A stretch of 64,000 nt of DNA, taken from contig NW_015177015.1 of the NCBI RefSeq assembly GCF_001447785.1, positions 458,165 to 522,164 of the forward strand, read 5' to 3'. The position numbers and the translations under genes were made by a program. Below are positions 48,809-62,970 of this stretch, one piece after another. How positions within the stretch are numbered: position 1 is the stretch's first letter; each line of letters opens with the position of its first letter. The notes under the pieces were generated by a model. The model was given only the letters and a program-made list of their open reading frames with translations. It was not told where the DNA came from and did no database searches. Source of the stretch: Gekko japonicus. Its lineage: Eukaryota.

Positions 48809-49622
48809 GTATTTGGAAAACTATTTTGTTCCATTAAGACAGATAAAAGGAAGTACTTTGTCAGAGGCTAATTTAATTTAGGCAGAGTTGCTTCCATTTT
48901 GCTAGTGAGCCTGACATTTCGCTGGTGAGCTTGACAAATTCCACTCCAAAGAACTGAAGGATTTTTCCAGCATACATCTGAAGGTTAAAAAGGCAAGCTA
49001 GTACCATGGTGCCCGTAGCGGAGTGTGATGGGATTCAGGATGGCATGTGTGTAACCCTTGCAGTTTCCAAAGCAAACTATGCTTCTGCTATAATTGAAAG
49101 CATCTGAACGTATTCTTCTTAGATTGGAATCGATTGTGAGTTTTTGCAGCCTAACTTCCAGTGGTGACTTTGCTGCTACAACTGTGGCCCTTCAGTTTGA
49201 TCACAGTAGGTGATAGTATTAAGTGTTCTTGTAACTTTGGGTTAAATTCTGGGCTGTTTGCATTGTTTTTAAACCATGGGCAAATTTTGGGATCGCATTT
49301 AACTTGGACTGCCTTCATATTGTACCGTAAAGGAAAACTGTAAAAAAAAGAATTATGATTTAAAACTTTTCTTTTATGGTCAAGTCACAGCTGACTTATG
49401 GCAACCCCATAAGGTTTTCAAGGTAAGAGACATTCAGAGATGGTTTGCCATTGTCTCCTCTATGACTTAACCTAGGAGGTTACTATTTTAGCTTGGAATT
49501 CTGAAGTTGATATTCTACTTCACAGTGATAATAAGGGCTTGTGAAATAACTGATAGTTTTGAAAAATTAATCTTTTTAAAAAATTGTTTATCCCTTTCAA
49601 ATAAATTCTGCTTGTCTGAAAG

Positions 49623-49781
49623 GGGGACATCCTCACAACTGGACTGCAGTTTCCAGGGAGTGCTTGAATCTGCTAAACAATCTGACCCTCAAGTTGATAG
49701 CACATCAGGAGGCCACAGCTACGAATGGGAGACTGAATCAGCCGTCTGTGGGAGACCTGAGAAAAGTGCCCGACACTCCAG
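49623..49781 (+). CDS. NDC1: NDC1 exon 11
   Basis: [37 protein letters not shown]... Confidence 0.9.
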
Positions 49782-50677
49782 GTGACAAGATGGGTCTGTT
49801 ACTGTGAACAGCGTTTTTGTGTCTCTGAATCTCAGAGGAAATATCAGATGGCAGGAAAAAATCACATTCCAAAAAGAATGAGGTAACTTAGCAATAATGC
49901 TGCCTCCACAGAGCAGCAAGGAAGGCTGCCAAGCGGCATCTTCCTCTCATGTACATTTGGAGCTATTTCCTAATATAGTGCAACAGCCTAAATAATGCTT
50001 TTCACTTTACATGGAAATGATTTTCCCCACAGTAAAAACTGGCAAGAAAAAACACATTGTTAATACTTGGCAGACATGTAGTGGGCAACTTGGGTTCTGC
50101 CTCCATAGTGCCTAGCCACTGCAGGTTTAGGGGCATACATCTTCATGTCATACTTCACTATGGAAAAATGCTGAAACATGAATGTTGTTGTGGAAAGCAT
50201 GATTGTTGTGTAAAGAATTAAGTGCCTCTAAGAATCAGACTGTCTGAACATAGCTGACACAAATATGTTAACACCAGTCAGTATTCACATTTTACGTTTT
50301 ATGCTGTACTTGTTTACCACTTTGACCCTTCAGACTTCCTACGTACATCAGTAAAGATCTATTGTTTTTGGTAACTCGTTTGCAAAATCCATTGAATTTG
50401 GGTAGACTTACTAGAATGTAACTTCTCTGACCAGGGTTATATTCCTACACCTTAGATGCTGTGTATTGTGCATTTAGGTATTTATTTTCTAATTTTTAAG
50501 TATATTGATCACCCTTTTATACAAGTTTTCAAGGTACTACAGAAGAAATTGAAAGTTTATGGTGAGTGCAAGTTAACACGTAGAGTAAGTTTCTTTTAAT
50601 AAGGGCCTAATTATGAGACACCACTTATTGGCATAAGTCATCCTGAGCTTATCCTTTACAACATTCTTTGTCCCCAG

Positions 50678-50941
50678 GAGCAGCTGCTGAAGAACACTCA
50701 TTCCAGTCACCAACGGCTGGTATCCTTCCTCGAGCCCAAATGCCTTCTCTGGTTAAATCATCTCTGTTGTCCTTGAAAACATCACCTGTAACAGATCTTG
50801 GAAGCAACTTAGGGTCACCTTTCACTCCTTCCCCACTAAGTCGCAAGGCTGGAATGCTGGAGTTAAGCTCTCCTTGGCATGGGTCTGTTCAAAGTCCCCA
50901 TATTATGAGAAGAGGACCAAAATTATGGACATCCTATTCTG
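50678..50941 (+). CDS. NDC1: NDC1 exon 12
   Basis: ...MPSLVKSSL...HGSVQSPHIMRRGPKLWTSYS; 5' boundary less certain. Confidence 0.85.
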
Positions 50942-51027
50942 GTAAGATGACTTCTTTGGCCCCTCTCTTGGCTATTTGTGAGAAAATCTTGCTGGCCTAT
51001 TTTAAACCGGTTGGATTTCTCTCGTAG

Positions 51028-51146
51028 ACCTGCAATGGACAGGCTCTTTTCAGGAGTCCCTCCCCACGATTGCTGTTGCAAGAATGAGTAATGAAGCAGT
51101 ACAGCCAAGTTCTGTCTACTTATGGCTGCAGAGCAAGAAAGAGCAG
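51028..51146 (+). CDS. NDC1: NDC1 exon 13
   Basis: DLQWTGS...QPSSVYLWLQSKKEQ; splice phases fit the neighbouring exons. Confidence 0.85.
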
Positions 51147-51630
51147 GTATTGTAAGTTTAGCCATTAGCATTTCAGTTGATTAGTGCAAACGGACTTTTT
51201 CATATGTTGTATTCTCCAGTATTGCTAGTTCAGCACAGTTTTGGGGATTCTGTGAACTTGTTTCAGACACCATTCCTGTGGGTGTAATGAAGGAATGTAT
51301 TTCTGTTCCTCTGAGAACCTGAAAAATTAAAATCTCTGTGCTATTAAAATTATGCAGCACCTAAACTGATTAAAGCTATGTGGCTTGCCATTTAGTGTTT
51401 CTATATTATTTTCTCAGGTAGAGGTAGCAAATCAAAAGAACTTCCTTAGATGTATGTTCCCTCTTAACCATTGACTGTTAATTCCAATTAAATACTTTCC
51501 AAGATTGTGAGTCAGTGAAGCTTACATCTTTTGAATTGTTTTGATAATTTCAAATGGAAGTTGTGTATCACTCAGAAAAGCTGCAGATGTGCTTGGCTCT
51601 TACCTGGTTTTCTTTCTTTTTTCTTTCTAG

Positions 51631-51681
51631 ATAAAGAGTTTCTTGTCAAAACGAGTGTTGATAATGTATTTTTTCAGCAAG
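51631..51681 (+). CDS. NDC1: NDC1 exon 14
   Basis: IKSFLSKRVLIMYFFSK. Confidence 0.93.
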
Positions 51682-52099
51682 GTGAGGATGAATGCATAAG
51701 TCAGCAATGATTTCCTGCCTTATCAACTACTGCTAATTTTATCTCTGTTCATTTCAAAATAGAAGTTGGCACCAAAGTCATTGAAACAGGTGCTGTGTGA
51801 ATTGACACTTCAGTTGCAAGATGGCAACTTTCACATTTAACTGTTTGTTTTGATGAAAAGTCAAGGTTAGCCTAACTCTAAACTGCAATAATATCATGGG
51901 CTGCTTCTTTTATAAGAAGGTGTGTGTGGGGATCAATATGCTTTATATTCCAAGTATTATCGTATTAACCTTTACATAAGGAGCTCTTAATTATGATGTT
52001 TTACAAATTTGACCAGGTATGTCAGTATTTGGCACACTCTGTTTGGCTAAGCTAATTAGGTGTGTGCAATCCTTCTCTCTCTCTCTCTCTCTCTCTCAG

Positions 52100-52163
52100 C
52101 ACCCAGAGGCTTCGATCCAGGCTCTCTTTTCTAATACCCAAATGCACATTTGGGCCTTGGAAG
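52100..52163 (+). CDS. NDC1: NDC1 exon 15
   Basis: [21 protein letters not shown]; the acceptor's pyrimidine tract is a (CT)n microsatellite. Confidence 0.93.
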
Positions 52164-52594
52164 GTAAGCAGTGTCTTCTTATCTGAATTAAACTTGATCT
52201 GTTTCAGTGGCTTACTTGTGTCTCATGGTGCCTTGGCAGTGACATTCATCTGAGGATAACCAGCAGTCCTGGGATTGTTGTACTCCCTGGTTTCTGTGTG
52301 TTCTAGTTGTTTTGGTTCTGTGCCATCGAGAAACATTTAGGCTTGTTCTTATTCTGAGCACCACTGGCGCTGTGTTTTTCCCCATCTCTCTCTCTCTCTT
52401 GAAACATTTGTTTGCTCTAACTACAGCCAGCAGAAGCTAATCTTTGGGTAGGATACTGAATTCATCTTTATGTTGCTAGGCAGTCAGTTCAGTGACAGTC
52501 AGAATACAGATTTTTGTAAATTTCAGGACTTCATGACAATGATGTAATTCCACCTGTACAAACTAAAATCAATTCTTTTCTTCATTTTTTTGAG

Positions 52595-52695
52595 GTCTGT
52601 CTCATCTGGTTGCAGCTTCATTTACTGAAGATAAATATGGAGTGGTCCAAACGACATTGCCGTCTGTTCTGAACACTCTATTAACTCTTCAGGAG
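52595..52695 (+). CDS. NDC1: NDC1 exon 16
   Basis: [34 protein letters not shown]. Confidence 0.93.
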
Positions 52696-52949
52696 GTGAG
52701 GAGCCTTAACCTTTCTTGGCAAAAGCGATGTCTGCACATAGTTTGCCTGCTATGGTACAGCTGTTTTTGTTAGGAAAAAAAGATGTTTCTCCTAATGCAC
52801 ACTGTCTTACCTTGGTTTCATTTGCCATGGCTCTTTCAAAACATATTCAAAGCTAACCATGGAAGAAAGATCTAGTCATTCAAAGGCAACATTTCCTGTG
52901 CTACAGTTCCAGTCCTATTGAAACCTGACAATAGTTACTCATCAATAGT

Positions 52950-53772
52950 AACTGATTAGGCAGTTGGTTCCCTTCTTTGAACGCAATGACCTGGCAAGAA
53001 TGATCCATGCAATGGTCACCTCGAGTTTGGACTACTGTAATGCTCTCTACATGGGGCTGCCCTTGTCCCAAATCCAGAAGCTGCAGCTGGGGCAGAATGC
53101 GGGGCCAGGCTGCTACTGGGTCTTCCCATGCGGGAGCACATCCAGCCTGTGCTAAAAGCACTGCACTGGCTGCCCATAGCATACCGAATTCAGTTCAAGA
53201 TGCTGGTTCTTACCTTTAAAGCCCTTTATGGTCAGGGGCCTACGTACCTAAGGGACCGCCTTTCCCCACATGTTCTCCAGAGAGCACTATGACTGGGGTC
53301 CCAAAATTGCTTGGCCCTTCCTAGCCCCAGAGAAGCCAGGCTGGCTGTAACAAGGGCCAGAGCTTTCTCAGTGGCGGCTCCGTACTGGTAGAATGAGCTC
53401 CTGGAAGATATCAGGGCCCTGCGGGACCTTTTACAGTTCTGCAGAGCCTGTAAGATGGAGCTCTTCCACCAGACCTTTAATTAGCAAGCCGCACCCAATA
53501 AACTGAGGCCCTGGCCCCAATACTAACACCACCATCAACAGCCTGTGCTCTGCCAATATGATCCAGACTATGACATCAGCTGACTGTATGCTTATGTCGG
53601 ATGCTGCCTGTGCCTGCCATCGCTATACAATCCGCACTAGCACTTTATGTAATGTATTTATATTTATTGTGATTTTATTCAATTTTCTGTTTTATCTGTT
53701 TAGTAAATTCTGTGTAAGCCGCCCTGAGCCTTCTCTGGCTGGGCGGGCGGGATATAAATTAAATAAATAAAT
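52950..53772 (+). mobile_element. L2-like LINE 3' fragment
   Basis: IHAMVTSSLDYCNALYMGLP...LHWLP; ends in an (aaat)n tail. Confidence 0.85.
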
Positions 53773-55318
53773 AGCAAAATGAATAAATATAAAGGATTTT
53801 TGAGATTAAACTTTTTAAAGAGTTGTCATCTAAATGCAAATGTGATTTGATAATTTAAGTAAAATCTGCTGGTCTTTCACCCCTTTTGTGGTTCATACTA
53901 GTGTATCTGTTATTTAGGGTTTGCCAGAGCTGGTCTGCAGTGAAATGTTGTGAAAGGCCATGGTGGCCTTTGATCTAAACCAGCGGTGCTTGCTGCATGT
54001 CTCAAAGAGTGCCATATCCACAATTGCCATCAACCAAAAGAGCCACATTCCAGTATGCAGGCTATGCAGGGGAAGGATGGGCAAGCACCTCCTTTTTCAA
54101 TGCAGACCTGACTCTCTTGGGTCTAGCCAGCAGCTGTAGGAACCTGCTCTGTCTCATGCTGAGGAGAGGGAGAGAGCAAGAAGGCAGCGCTGGAAGTAAA
54201 GGCTGCTCAAGGCTTCCCCCTGCAGGAGCCTGCTTGGGTTGGGCCATGAGCATTCCAAAGGGAGGCTCCAAGGCAGCACTGTGGGCTGGCTCAAAGGAGG
54301 CTCCTGCAGTGGGAAGTCTGAGCACCTTTTACTTGCCTTGCTGTCTTCTAGCTTTCTCCCTGTCGTGAGGCTCACAACTGGATGACGGCACAATGGCCAA
54401 GGCTAGTCTGCCTCATGCCATAGAAAGAGCAACAGTGCAATAAGGGAAATAATTAATGGGGTATTCAAGGCAGAAACCTCTTCACTAGTGGACCAGGCTC
54501 CTGCAGCAGAAAGACCGTGTGCCCTCTACTTCCCTCCCTGCCTTTTCACTCTCTCCCCAGCACAAGGCACAGCAGTTTAGATTCCCAAAGCAAGCTGGTT
54601 GTGAAGAAACGGGTGGAAGACTACCCCCACCCCAGTGTGGCCTGCTTGCTCTTTTTCTGGGTAGTTGCCATAGTGGTGGTGGTTTTACTGTCTCTCTGTG
54701 GCCAGTTTGTTCTCCTTCTGGGAACTGTCCAGGTGCTGCAGACAGAGCTGAGAGCACGGAGGCTGTGAAGAAGGGTAGGGATTGGTGGAGAAATAAGCCC
54801 TTTATTTCTATCCCTAGCTTGCTACTTACCTGTCCTCCAGTGGGAACTGTTTCAAGGTGGAAACCACCACCAATTACAGGCATCACTGGGCAGTGGCCTT
54901 GCCTATTCTCCTGAAACATGAGGGAGGCACATTGTTGGGGAATGGTAATCAGAAGAGCCTCAGGTGGCATGTGAAAGAGCCATGTGTGTGGCTCCCAAGC
55001 CACTGAGTGCGTATCACTGATCCAAAGAATTAGCTACGTCCATTTAAAGTAATTCTGGGAACATTACCAAGGACAGGTAATTTAGTCCTTCTACCGAGGG
55101 ATTTTCATGATATCTCATTGGGTGGTGTAGTCGAAATGGGATTTTTAATGGGTTGTTATAACTTGATTTTCCTAGGCTACATTATTACTGAGAAGCTTCA
55201 TCTTTTGTTCTGTTTCAGTAGCAACCTTGCGAGCTTTTGGTGACTTGCCTTTATTTAATTCGAGTATCTTTGCTACCACCATGTTTATTTCCCAGTTGAT
55301 TTGTTTTGTCAATCCTAG

Positions 55319-55479
55319 GTAGTGGACAAGCACTTCAAACTTCCTCATGTTTCCAGCAAACCTCTCAGGACTTCAGGGAATTTGGCAGACACTTCCTATA
55401 AAACCCTTCGATTTGCTTTGAGAGCATCTCTGAAAACTGCTATCTATCGAATAACCACAAAGTTTGGAGAACACTTAAA
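55319..55479 (+). CDS. NDC1: NDC1 exon 17
   Basis: [15 protein letters not shown]...[24 protein letters not shown]. Confidence 0.93.
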
Positions 55480-56337
55480 GTGAGTTTTGGGGGCTGCAGG
55501 ATGTCTTAATGTTCATTTTATAATATTTATTTATTGTATGATCTGATATTGGGTACACAGAATCCATTGTAGGTGGACATGAATGAAATTGTAAAAGAAA
55601 ATTATTCCTCTTGGAAGAGTAGCCTGCTTGTAATAATATCTGCATTGAATTTAAAAAATCCAGTTCTCAGAATTTCATATGAAACCTTCACTGCACTTTT
55701 GTGTGTATAATTTTCCTCCTGAAGGTGGATTCAGGTGAATGGCAGCCATGTAGTAACAACTTAAAAGGGTTTACCACAGGAAGGGCCTTCTTCCTTTTGG
55801 TAGCCTTGGATCATACCATTCAGCCTGGTATTATCATCCCTTCATTTCCTTGGATTTCCATGTGGTTGTAGAATGGTGTTACTGCTGAATCTAACCATAT
55901 GGCAATACATTACTATCTCACCATGAGCTACAACTCTTGGCTTCTGAAGTCAACATAAGAATTGAACTTTCCACAAACAAAAACTTCAGCAAATGACCAG
56001 CCTGAGGTTTCTTCAGCAACCCAGGATGGCCTTAAACAAACTGCACACTCTCTACCTCAGTTTGCCATCTGTTGAAGAAAACAACCACTTCTTAACAGCT
56101 GTCCTTAAGGATTTTTTAAATTGCATGTTAAAAACTGCTGTATATAATAGGTTATTGAGTAATTTATTCTGTGGGTTTGATAGGTTTAAAAAAGGCTCTC
56201 TGACCTCAGTCTAGACTTTTTACAGTATTGGACAGTGAGAGCAACATGGTGCAAGAGTTTGCTGTGTATTCTCATAAATAAATAAGAGAGTCATTCCAGG
56301 TTTCAGCAAACATTGTTAAATCTGAATTGGATATATT

Positions 56338-56722
56338 CAGGGCTATTTTTGGGCAGGAATGCACAGGAACGGAGTTCCGGCTGGCTCCCGAGTTGGCCAC
56401 ACCCAGCAGGAACTCATTAGCATAATAGGCCACACCCAACAACAGAAACTCATTAGGACTGGCTATGTTAGGGGTGTGTGGCCTAACACGCAAAGGAGGT
56501 CCTGCTACAAAAAAGCCCTGGGTTTTGACAACAAACAAGGTAAACAGAATAAGAAGCAAAAGGTGGGTGTGTCTGGATGAGCACACTTCTGGCAAACATG
56601 GGGTGTGTGGCCTAATATGCTAATGAGCTGTGCTGTCAGGGGTCTAATGAATTTCTGCTGTTGGGTCTGGCCTATTATGCTAATGAGTTCCTGCTGGACT
56701 TTTTCTACAAAAAAAAGCCCTG
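56338..56722. mobile_element. hAT-type MITE
   Basis: TIRs cagggctattttt / aaaaaaagccctg; 8-bp TSD gatatatt. Confidence 0.8.
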
Positions 56723-56876
56723 GATATATTAAAGGAAAGTAATTAATTCAAATCAGTTTGCTGGGCATCATGTTTTCCAGAAGGGGCATCGCAGCCTTTT
56801 CCCAACTTGTGTGCTTTCACATGTGCTTGTGTCATTCAAAGCTGACTAATTTCACTGTGTTTGTTCTGCTATATAG

Positions 56877-56940
56877 TGCTGTGCAAGTCTCTCCGGAACA
56901 TAAGAAAAGGCTACAGCAGTTCTTGGAATTCAAGGAATAG
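56877..56940 (+). CDS. NDC1: NDC1 exon 18 (stop codon)
   Basis: AVQVSPEHKKRLQQFLEFKE*; all exons sum to 2052 nt = 683 aa. Confidence 0.93.
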
Positions 56941-57946
56941 ACAAGTCAAACTGCCCATCCTGTTGCAAATAATGCTGGTGCCGTGGCAGCTGGTCAGGAA
57001 AATGTAAAATGAATGCTTTTCCAACGTCTACTTTAAATGCAGTTGAGGTTAACAGAACTGTCAGCAGCATTCCACAAATACTTGGATTTTTTTTCTTGAC
57101 TTTTGTATAATAAAGTAATTTTCTACTAAGTATAGTAAGCAATAATTTGAATTCTGTTGTTCTTTATAAATGTGATTGCTTTTTTAACATGCAGTTAACA
57201 TGTATTTTGAAACTTTTTTTTAAAAAATCCATAGTTCATTTTGTTCTGAGACACAAGATTGTGGTAGTCATTGCTCCATAAATATGAGATCACACACATT
57301 TGACAGCCCCCAGCTTGGCACATGGGTCTTACACACCAGCTGCACAGCTGTGGTCCAACCAAAGCTAATCTTGGCTTCATGACTCTTTTGAGTTGCATGT
57401 TACTCTTGACCTGAAACCATTATAATGTCACTTTGCATCTGTCTTGATAGCACAGCAATGTGCAAGTTGTTATGAAAGTACTACTTGCAGCTGTGACCTG
57501 CCTTCCTATAAAGGCAACATAAAGCTGTTACTGTAAATTGCCATTGTTTAAATGCTATAAAAACAATGTGCTTATATTTGGATTATTTACTTTTTAGAGA
57601 AGCTGAGATGTGAAATATTGCATGTGCTGTTTATTATTTAGTAATAGGATGCTGTTCTAGATGCAGTCAGAGATTTTCTTGTCTCCTAACATCCAGTGCT
57701 CTTCTTAAAAGCACAATCAAACAGCCAGATAATGGACTGAAAAACAATGTTGCTTGCTCTATGATAAAGCTTTTGTCAACAGGCTACTGTAGATGTGCCT
57801 TTTCTGTATATCAGATTCAGTATTGAAAATCCTACAACTGAGCCAGTTGACTTGAACTGACTGCCAGCTAGATGTGTGTTTCCTTTATTAATTACAATAA
57901 TTATGAAAATAGTGTGTATCATAATTAATATGAAAACAAAACAAGT

Positions 57947-58160
57947 TAGGGTTGCCAGGTCTGGGTTGGAAAATACCTGGAGACTTTGGGGATGGAGCCA
58001 GGAGAGGGTGGGGTTTGGGGAGGGGCCTCAGCATGGTACAATGCCACAGAGTCCACCCTTCAAAGCAGCCATTTTCTCCAGGGGAGCTGATCTCTGTCAG
58101 CTGGAGATCAGTTGTAAAAGCAGGAGATCCCCAGGCCCCACCTAGAGGCTGGCAACCCTA
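57947..58160. mobile_element. hAT-type MITE (TAGGGTTGCCA family)
   Basis: TIRs TAGGGTTGCCA / TGGCAACCCTA; 8-bp TSD aaacaagt; related ends near 2035-2194, 15989, 58508 and 63349. Confidence 0.8.
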
Positions 58161-61100
58161 AAACAAGTTTCCCATCTAAGCAGTCTATACTGAAAAAGCC
58201 ATGATTTTCTTTCGTTTTGTTTTGTTTTGACATTGTAGTCTCTTGAGCCATTGGTTTCAGTTTTACAAGGTACCCAGCATTTTCCTAGTAAAGGCAAAGG
58301 GAGAGCACAGTGTTCCCTAGGGGGAGAAAGGCTTTGGGCTTTCTTAATTGACTGCAAGCTGTAGTGACTAGGATTATATTCATGTGTGAGGTATTCCAGT
58401 CCTGAAGGATAGGGATTGGGACTTTGCCTTTCTCTCTTTTCCCAGTGGCTGTCGTGCCAAATTTTCCCTTGCATTCTGCACTTCCGTGCTTCTCTGTTGT
58501 TTCCAAATAGGGTTGCCAACCCCCCCGGTTTGCCAGGGGTCCCCCCTTTTGCAAGTGATACAGCATGAATGGAGTCCCAAGTGGCGAGTTCACCTGGGAT
58601 TTGCCGCTTGGGACTCCATTTGTGTGGTGCCGCTTGCAAAAGATATTTCAGTGCCCTTTGCAAGTTGTGCCACATGGATGGAGTCCCAAGCAGAGTTCAC
58701 TTTAATGCCGTGGCTTGCAAAAGGCATTTAAAGAGAACATGTTCCCTTTAAATGCCTTTTGCAAGCCATGCTGGGGATCAGCTGGGGCGGCATGGAGCCG
58801 AGAGCTCCCCATGGCCTTGGCTGGCTCTCGGTACAGCTGGACACCCGCAAATGAAAGCTGAAAAAAAATTGGCTTTTTTCCCCAGGCTCAGCTATACTGT
58901 ATTCGGCTTAAATGATACCCCCAATTTACCGATAAGGTATTCTTCCAGAATTTGTTTTTGTTTGGTTAAGGCGAACGCACACCCCTAGTTTGTGTTAGTG
59001 CTTGGAACCTTTCCTATAAATTCTGTGACAGACTTTAAAGTTAAATATGGGTGCCTTTCATGGCCTCAAAAAGCATTAAGCTCTGAAATTTGGCAGTGTG
59101 GGTGTCCTCAGGGAATACCACAGTGGCCCTGAATTTTGTGCAGACTGGATGGGAAACCATGACAGCTCCTATGTGTGTGCTGAAATCAATAGGAAATAAT
59201 AAAATACAAAAAAATTAGAATTAGGAAAGGAAAACACCTATAATGAAACAAAATCATAGGGCAGCCAATAATGAAAATAATTTCTTTTGGAATTAATAAC
59301 ACAAACAAAAAAACAAAAACAAAATCCCATGCAGTGGACTCTTTGTTCTTGAACAATGTAGCTATCCTTTCCCATGAATAAAAAAGAGCCCTAAAGATAC
59401 ATATGCTATGTAATTTGCTGGACAAAGAGGAGACCGTAGAGTTTGCCACAATTCCTGAATGCATATCCTGCTTGCCAGCAGAGGTCACTGTTACACATTT
59501 AGTTACTATGTATTGTCCTCTTTTCCATTGGAAGTGCTTATTGGTCAGTAGTGCTGCTTCCTGATCTGTTCTTTGCATGCATGTCTCCTTTGTATAAAAC
59601 CTAGATTCTCAGACTATGGGTCATGAGGATCCAGGGAGGGACAAGCTCCTTGGCCTTCGTACTATAGCCAGCTGATAAATTGCTAGGTTTGAGAAAAACT
59701 GAGAAAAACAAGGACAGTTCAGTTCCTCAGTTAATATTCAGGCTGCGATTCTGAACTCTACCTGTTGCTTCAGGAGTGAAGGTAGACTGAACCCTCACTT
59801 CCCCCCTGAAGTGACTATGGGGAGCTGGGCTTCAGAGATTACTTGGCATCTGGTGTGCCCTCTGCCAGGCCAGAACCTTCTCTCCCCCAAAGGTTACTAG
59901 AGCCTTTGCCCTCAAAGCAAATGTTATGGTGAGAAATTCGCAGCTTGATTTGTGGTTATGCATGGTCACATTGTGCCTTTCAGCATCAGCATATCTTCCA
60001 TTCTTTGCTATTTGTGGGCAAAAGAAGTGTAAACCAAACACAAACCTACTTCTGGGAAGGGAAGTGACTTTCTTGCATTGTAACTAGTATTCTAGCAATG
60101 CTTTTTATTATTTATTTAAATATTTCTACCTTGCCTTTGCCAAAACCCTTAATACAGCTGACACTATTTTGGGCAGCTATCTTTTGGGTTAGTGACAACG
60201 ACAGCCCTATCTATAACTTAAAGGCAGTCTGTGAGGATCACACCAATGGTATCTTTTCTCCTACATACCCTGTTTTCCCGAAAATAAGACCTACCCAAAA
60301 AATAAGCCCTAGCAGGATTTCTATGCATTTGTGGTATAAGTCCTAGTGTGTCTTCTTGAGAAAAAATAAATATAAGACAGTGTCTTATTTTCGGGGAAAC
60401 ACGGTAGCTAGCAACAAATAATGCATGAAACACTGGCAGAGCTATGTTGGTCTTTAACTGAATTTCACAGATCAAAACTGTTCTGAGAACCCTAGTCAAA
60501 ATCCAGTCAAGCAATAATTCACTGAGTGGCTAGTGCTAGTGTGAGTCTAGAAGAACCTGGTTCATTGTTGTGGCTTCTGTTCATGCCCAATGTGTGCTTT
60601 ACAGAAGACACCCCCCCCCCATGCCAATGAATAACAGTTAACAGGTCAGTGTAACTTTTCTCAGTACAAAAGTATGACTAAGCATGCAAAAGATTGACTG
60701 CAAAATTGTGGGATTTTCCTAGCAGTTTCTAACTTTTTGCAGTAGTGCTTTAGTAGTTTTGTATACTTTTTGTTTTTCCTTTTGTTTTCACACAGTTTTA
60801 TTTAAATGTGTTTAAAGCAAGGACGTTCACCTGAGACCAGGAGCATTGATGCCCCCATCCATTAAGCAGCACTGCCATGAAGAGAGGAGCATTCACTACA
60901 TTCACCCTGAACATCATCACATATACACTGCTTATGACAAGAGATTCACTTGATACAGTAACATGGAATGGCCAATTTGACCTTGCACAGTTTATCTAGG
61001 AGGAAAGTCAAAAACCACATTGAGTTCACATCTGGGTTCAGGCACGGTTGTGTCTGAATCATCTTTAATAATGTACCTTTAGTAGTTTTTCTTTCCTTTT

Positions 61101-61794
61101 AAAAAAGAAACCCACTGAAGACTTCATATGGCATTGGAGAATTCCATACACAATCTATGTTATTTGTAATACCTATCAAGGACCCTTCCTTACAGCAGAA
61201 TGCTTCCAAGACCTGTCTGGAATGTTTGCAGTAGGAGGGGCCAATCTGGTTCTCATTGAATGCTTCCCTAGATATGTATGAAGAGCTGGGACACAATATG
61301 CTGTTGAGTTGCACCTTAGTTACCAAGCTGGCACAGGAACTAGAACAGAGGTTGCAGAAGGCCTCATTAGTCAAGCCAAGTGCTACTTTTTGTCTGGCCT
61401 GCTGGGTGCTTAGCAATCCCTCTGTGTTCTAGACCAAAAGCTAAATTGGCAAGTTTATTGAATCTCTAGTGTATCCCTCAACTAACAGCATTGTTATAAG
61501 TCCTGCTAGCAGTATCATTGCCTGCATAAATTAGGAAAATAGTGGCTAGGAAGAGGACTGTTACAGTGCTGGCTCCCTGGTTGTGGAATGGCCTCCTCCT
61601 CCGGTAGGTTTGCACTGGAATTATGCCATTTGTAGTTTAAGTGCTGTTTCATAAATGATTGTTTAACGTAAAAATTAACTCTAGTGTTGAATGGGGGAAC
61701 CCATAATTTGTGTTTGAATAAAGGACTCCATGTCCCTGAATTCATATGAACCTGGGCTGCAAACATGCCCAGATGTATTTTGCTTTCTGGTCTG

Positions 61795-62970
61795 TGTTAT
61801 TTATTTAAAATTTTTTACACTGCCTTTCCACCTGATCAGGGTCCACAAGGTGGTAAACACAAAAACCGTAAAACATATAAACCATTAAAATGCAGTTAAA
61901 AATATAAAATTCAATTAAAAACACAAACAACACTAGAAGGAGGGCTAATATCAGACAAAACAAAAATGTGTTCACTTTCTGGCAAAAGACATCGATGGAA
62001 GAAGACAGACTAGTTCCGAAGTTTCGGTGCCACAATGGAGAAGTTCCGAAGGAGGGAGTTCCGAAGTTTTGGTGCCACAATGGAGAAGGCCCCTTTTTGG
62101 GTCACCACTAGTCTAGGCTCAGATGGCAGGGGCAACTGAAGCAAGGCCTCCACTCGAGTGAGCAGGTAGGTTCTTAAGGTATGCTGGTCTCATGCCAGAC
62201 AGAGCTTTAAAGGTCAATCCCAGCACCTTGAATTGAGCTCCGAAGCAAACTGGAAGCCAGTGTAGGTGGAATAAGATTGGAATGAAATGGTCCCTACGAC
62301 CTGGTCCTGTCAACACTCTGGCAGTAGCATTCTATATTAACTGTAGCTTCTGGGCAGTAGAGTGCATTGCAGTAATCTAATCTAGATGTTACTAGGGCAT
62401 GTGCAACAAGGGCAAGATCTTTTCTGTCCAGGAAGGGCCGCAGCTGCTGAAAGGCACCCTTGGGCACAGCTGCCACCTGTTTATCCAAAAGGAGGCCCAG
62501 GTCCAGGAGCACTCCCCCCAGGTACTAACCTGCTCCATTAAGGGGAGTGGAACCCCGTTCAGGAGAGGAGATAACCCATTTTGGAGGTCAGACCTCCCCC
62601 CAGCAGTAACACCTCCATTTTGTCAAGATTAAGTTTCAGCTTGTTAGCCCTCACCTACTCCAAAACTGCCCCCAGGCATCTGTTCAGTTTCCACAGCTTC
62701 CCTGGGATCTGCCAGGTAGCGTGAGTTCTAAGTGTCATCTGCATATTGGTGGCAGCTCAGCCAAAATCTCAGAGTGACCTCTCCCAGCAGCTTTATGTAG
62801 ATGTTGAAAAGTATGAGGAACAAGATGGAACCTTGGGGAATCCTGTAGGCCAGAGGCCAAGGGGGCAGGGCAGCAGTCCCCCAGCACCGGCTTCTGAAAC
62901 CTACTCTTCAGGCAAGACCACCACTGCAGAACACTTCCTCCACATCCCAGGCCTGAAAGGTGATCCAGAA
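61795..62970 (-). mobile_element. L2-like LINE fragment
   Basis: HALVTSRLDYCNALY and HLHWLPV motifs on the minus strand. Confidence 0.8.

Noticed and set aside
53997-55003. ORFs of 120-170 aa in NDC1 intron 16
   Set aside because: No recognisable domains; overlapping ORFs on both strands are typical of GC-richer intronic or repeat DNA.
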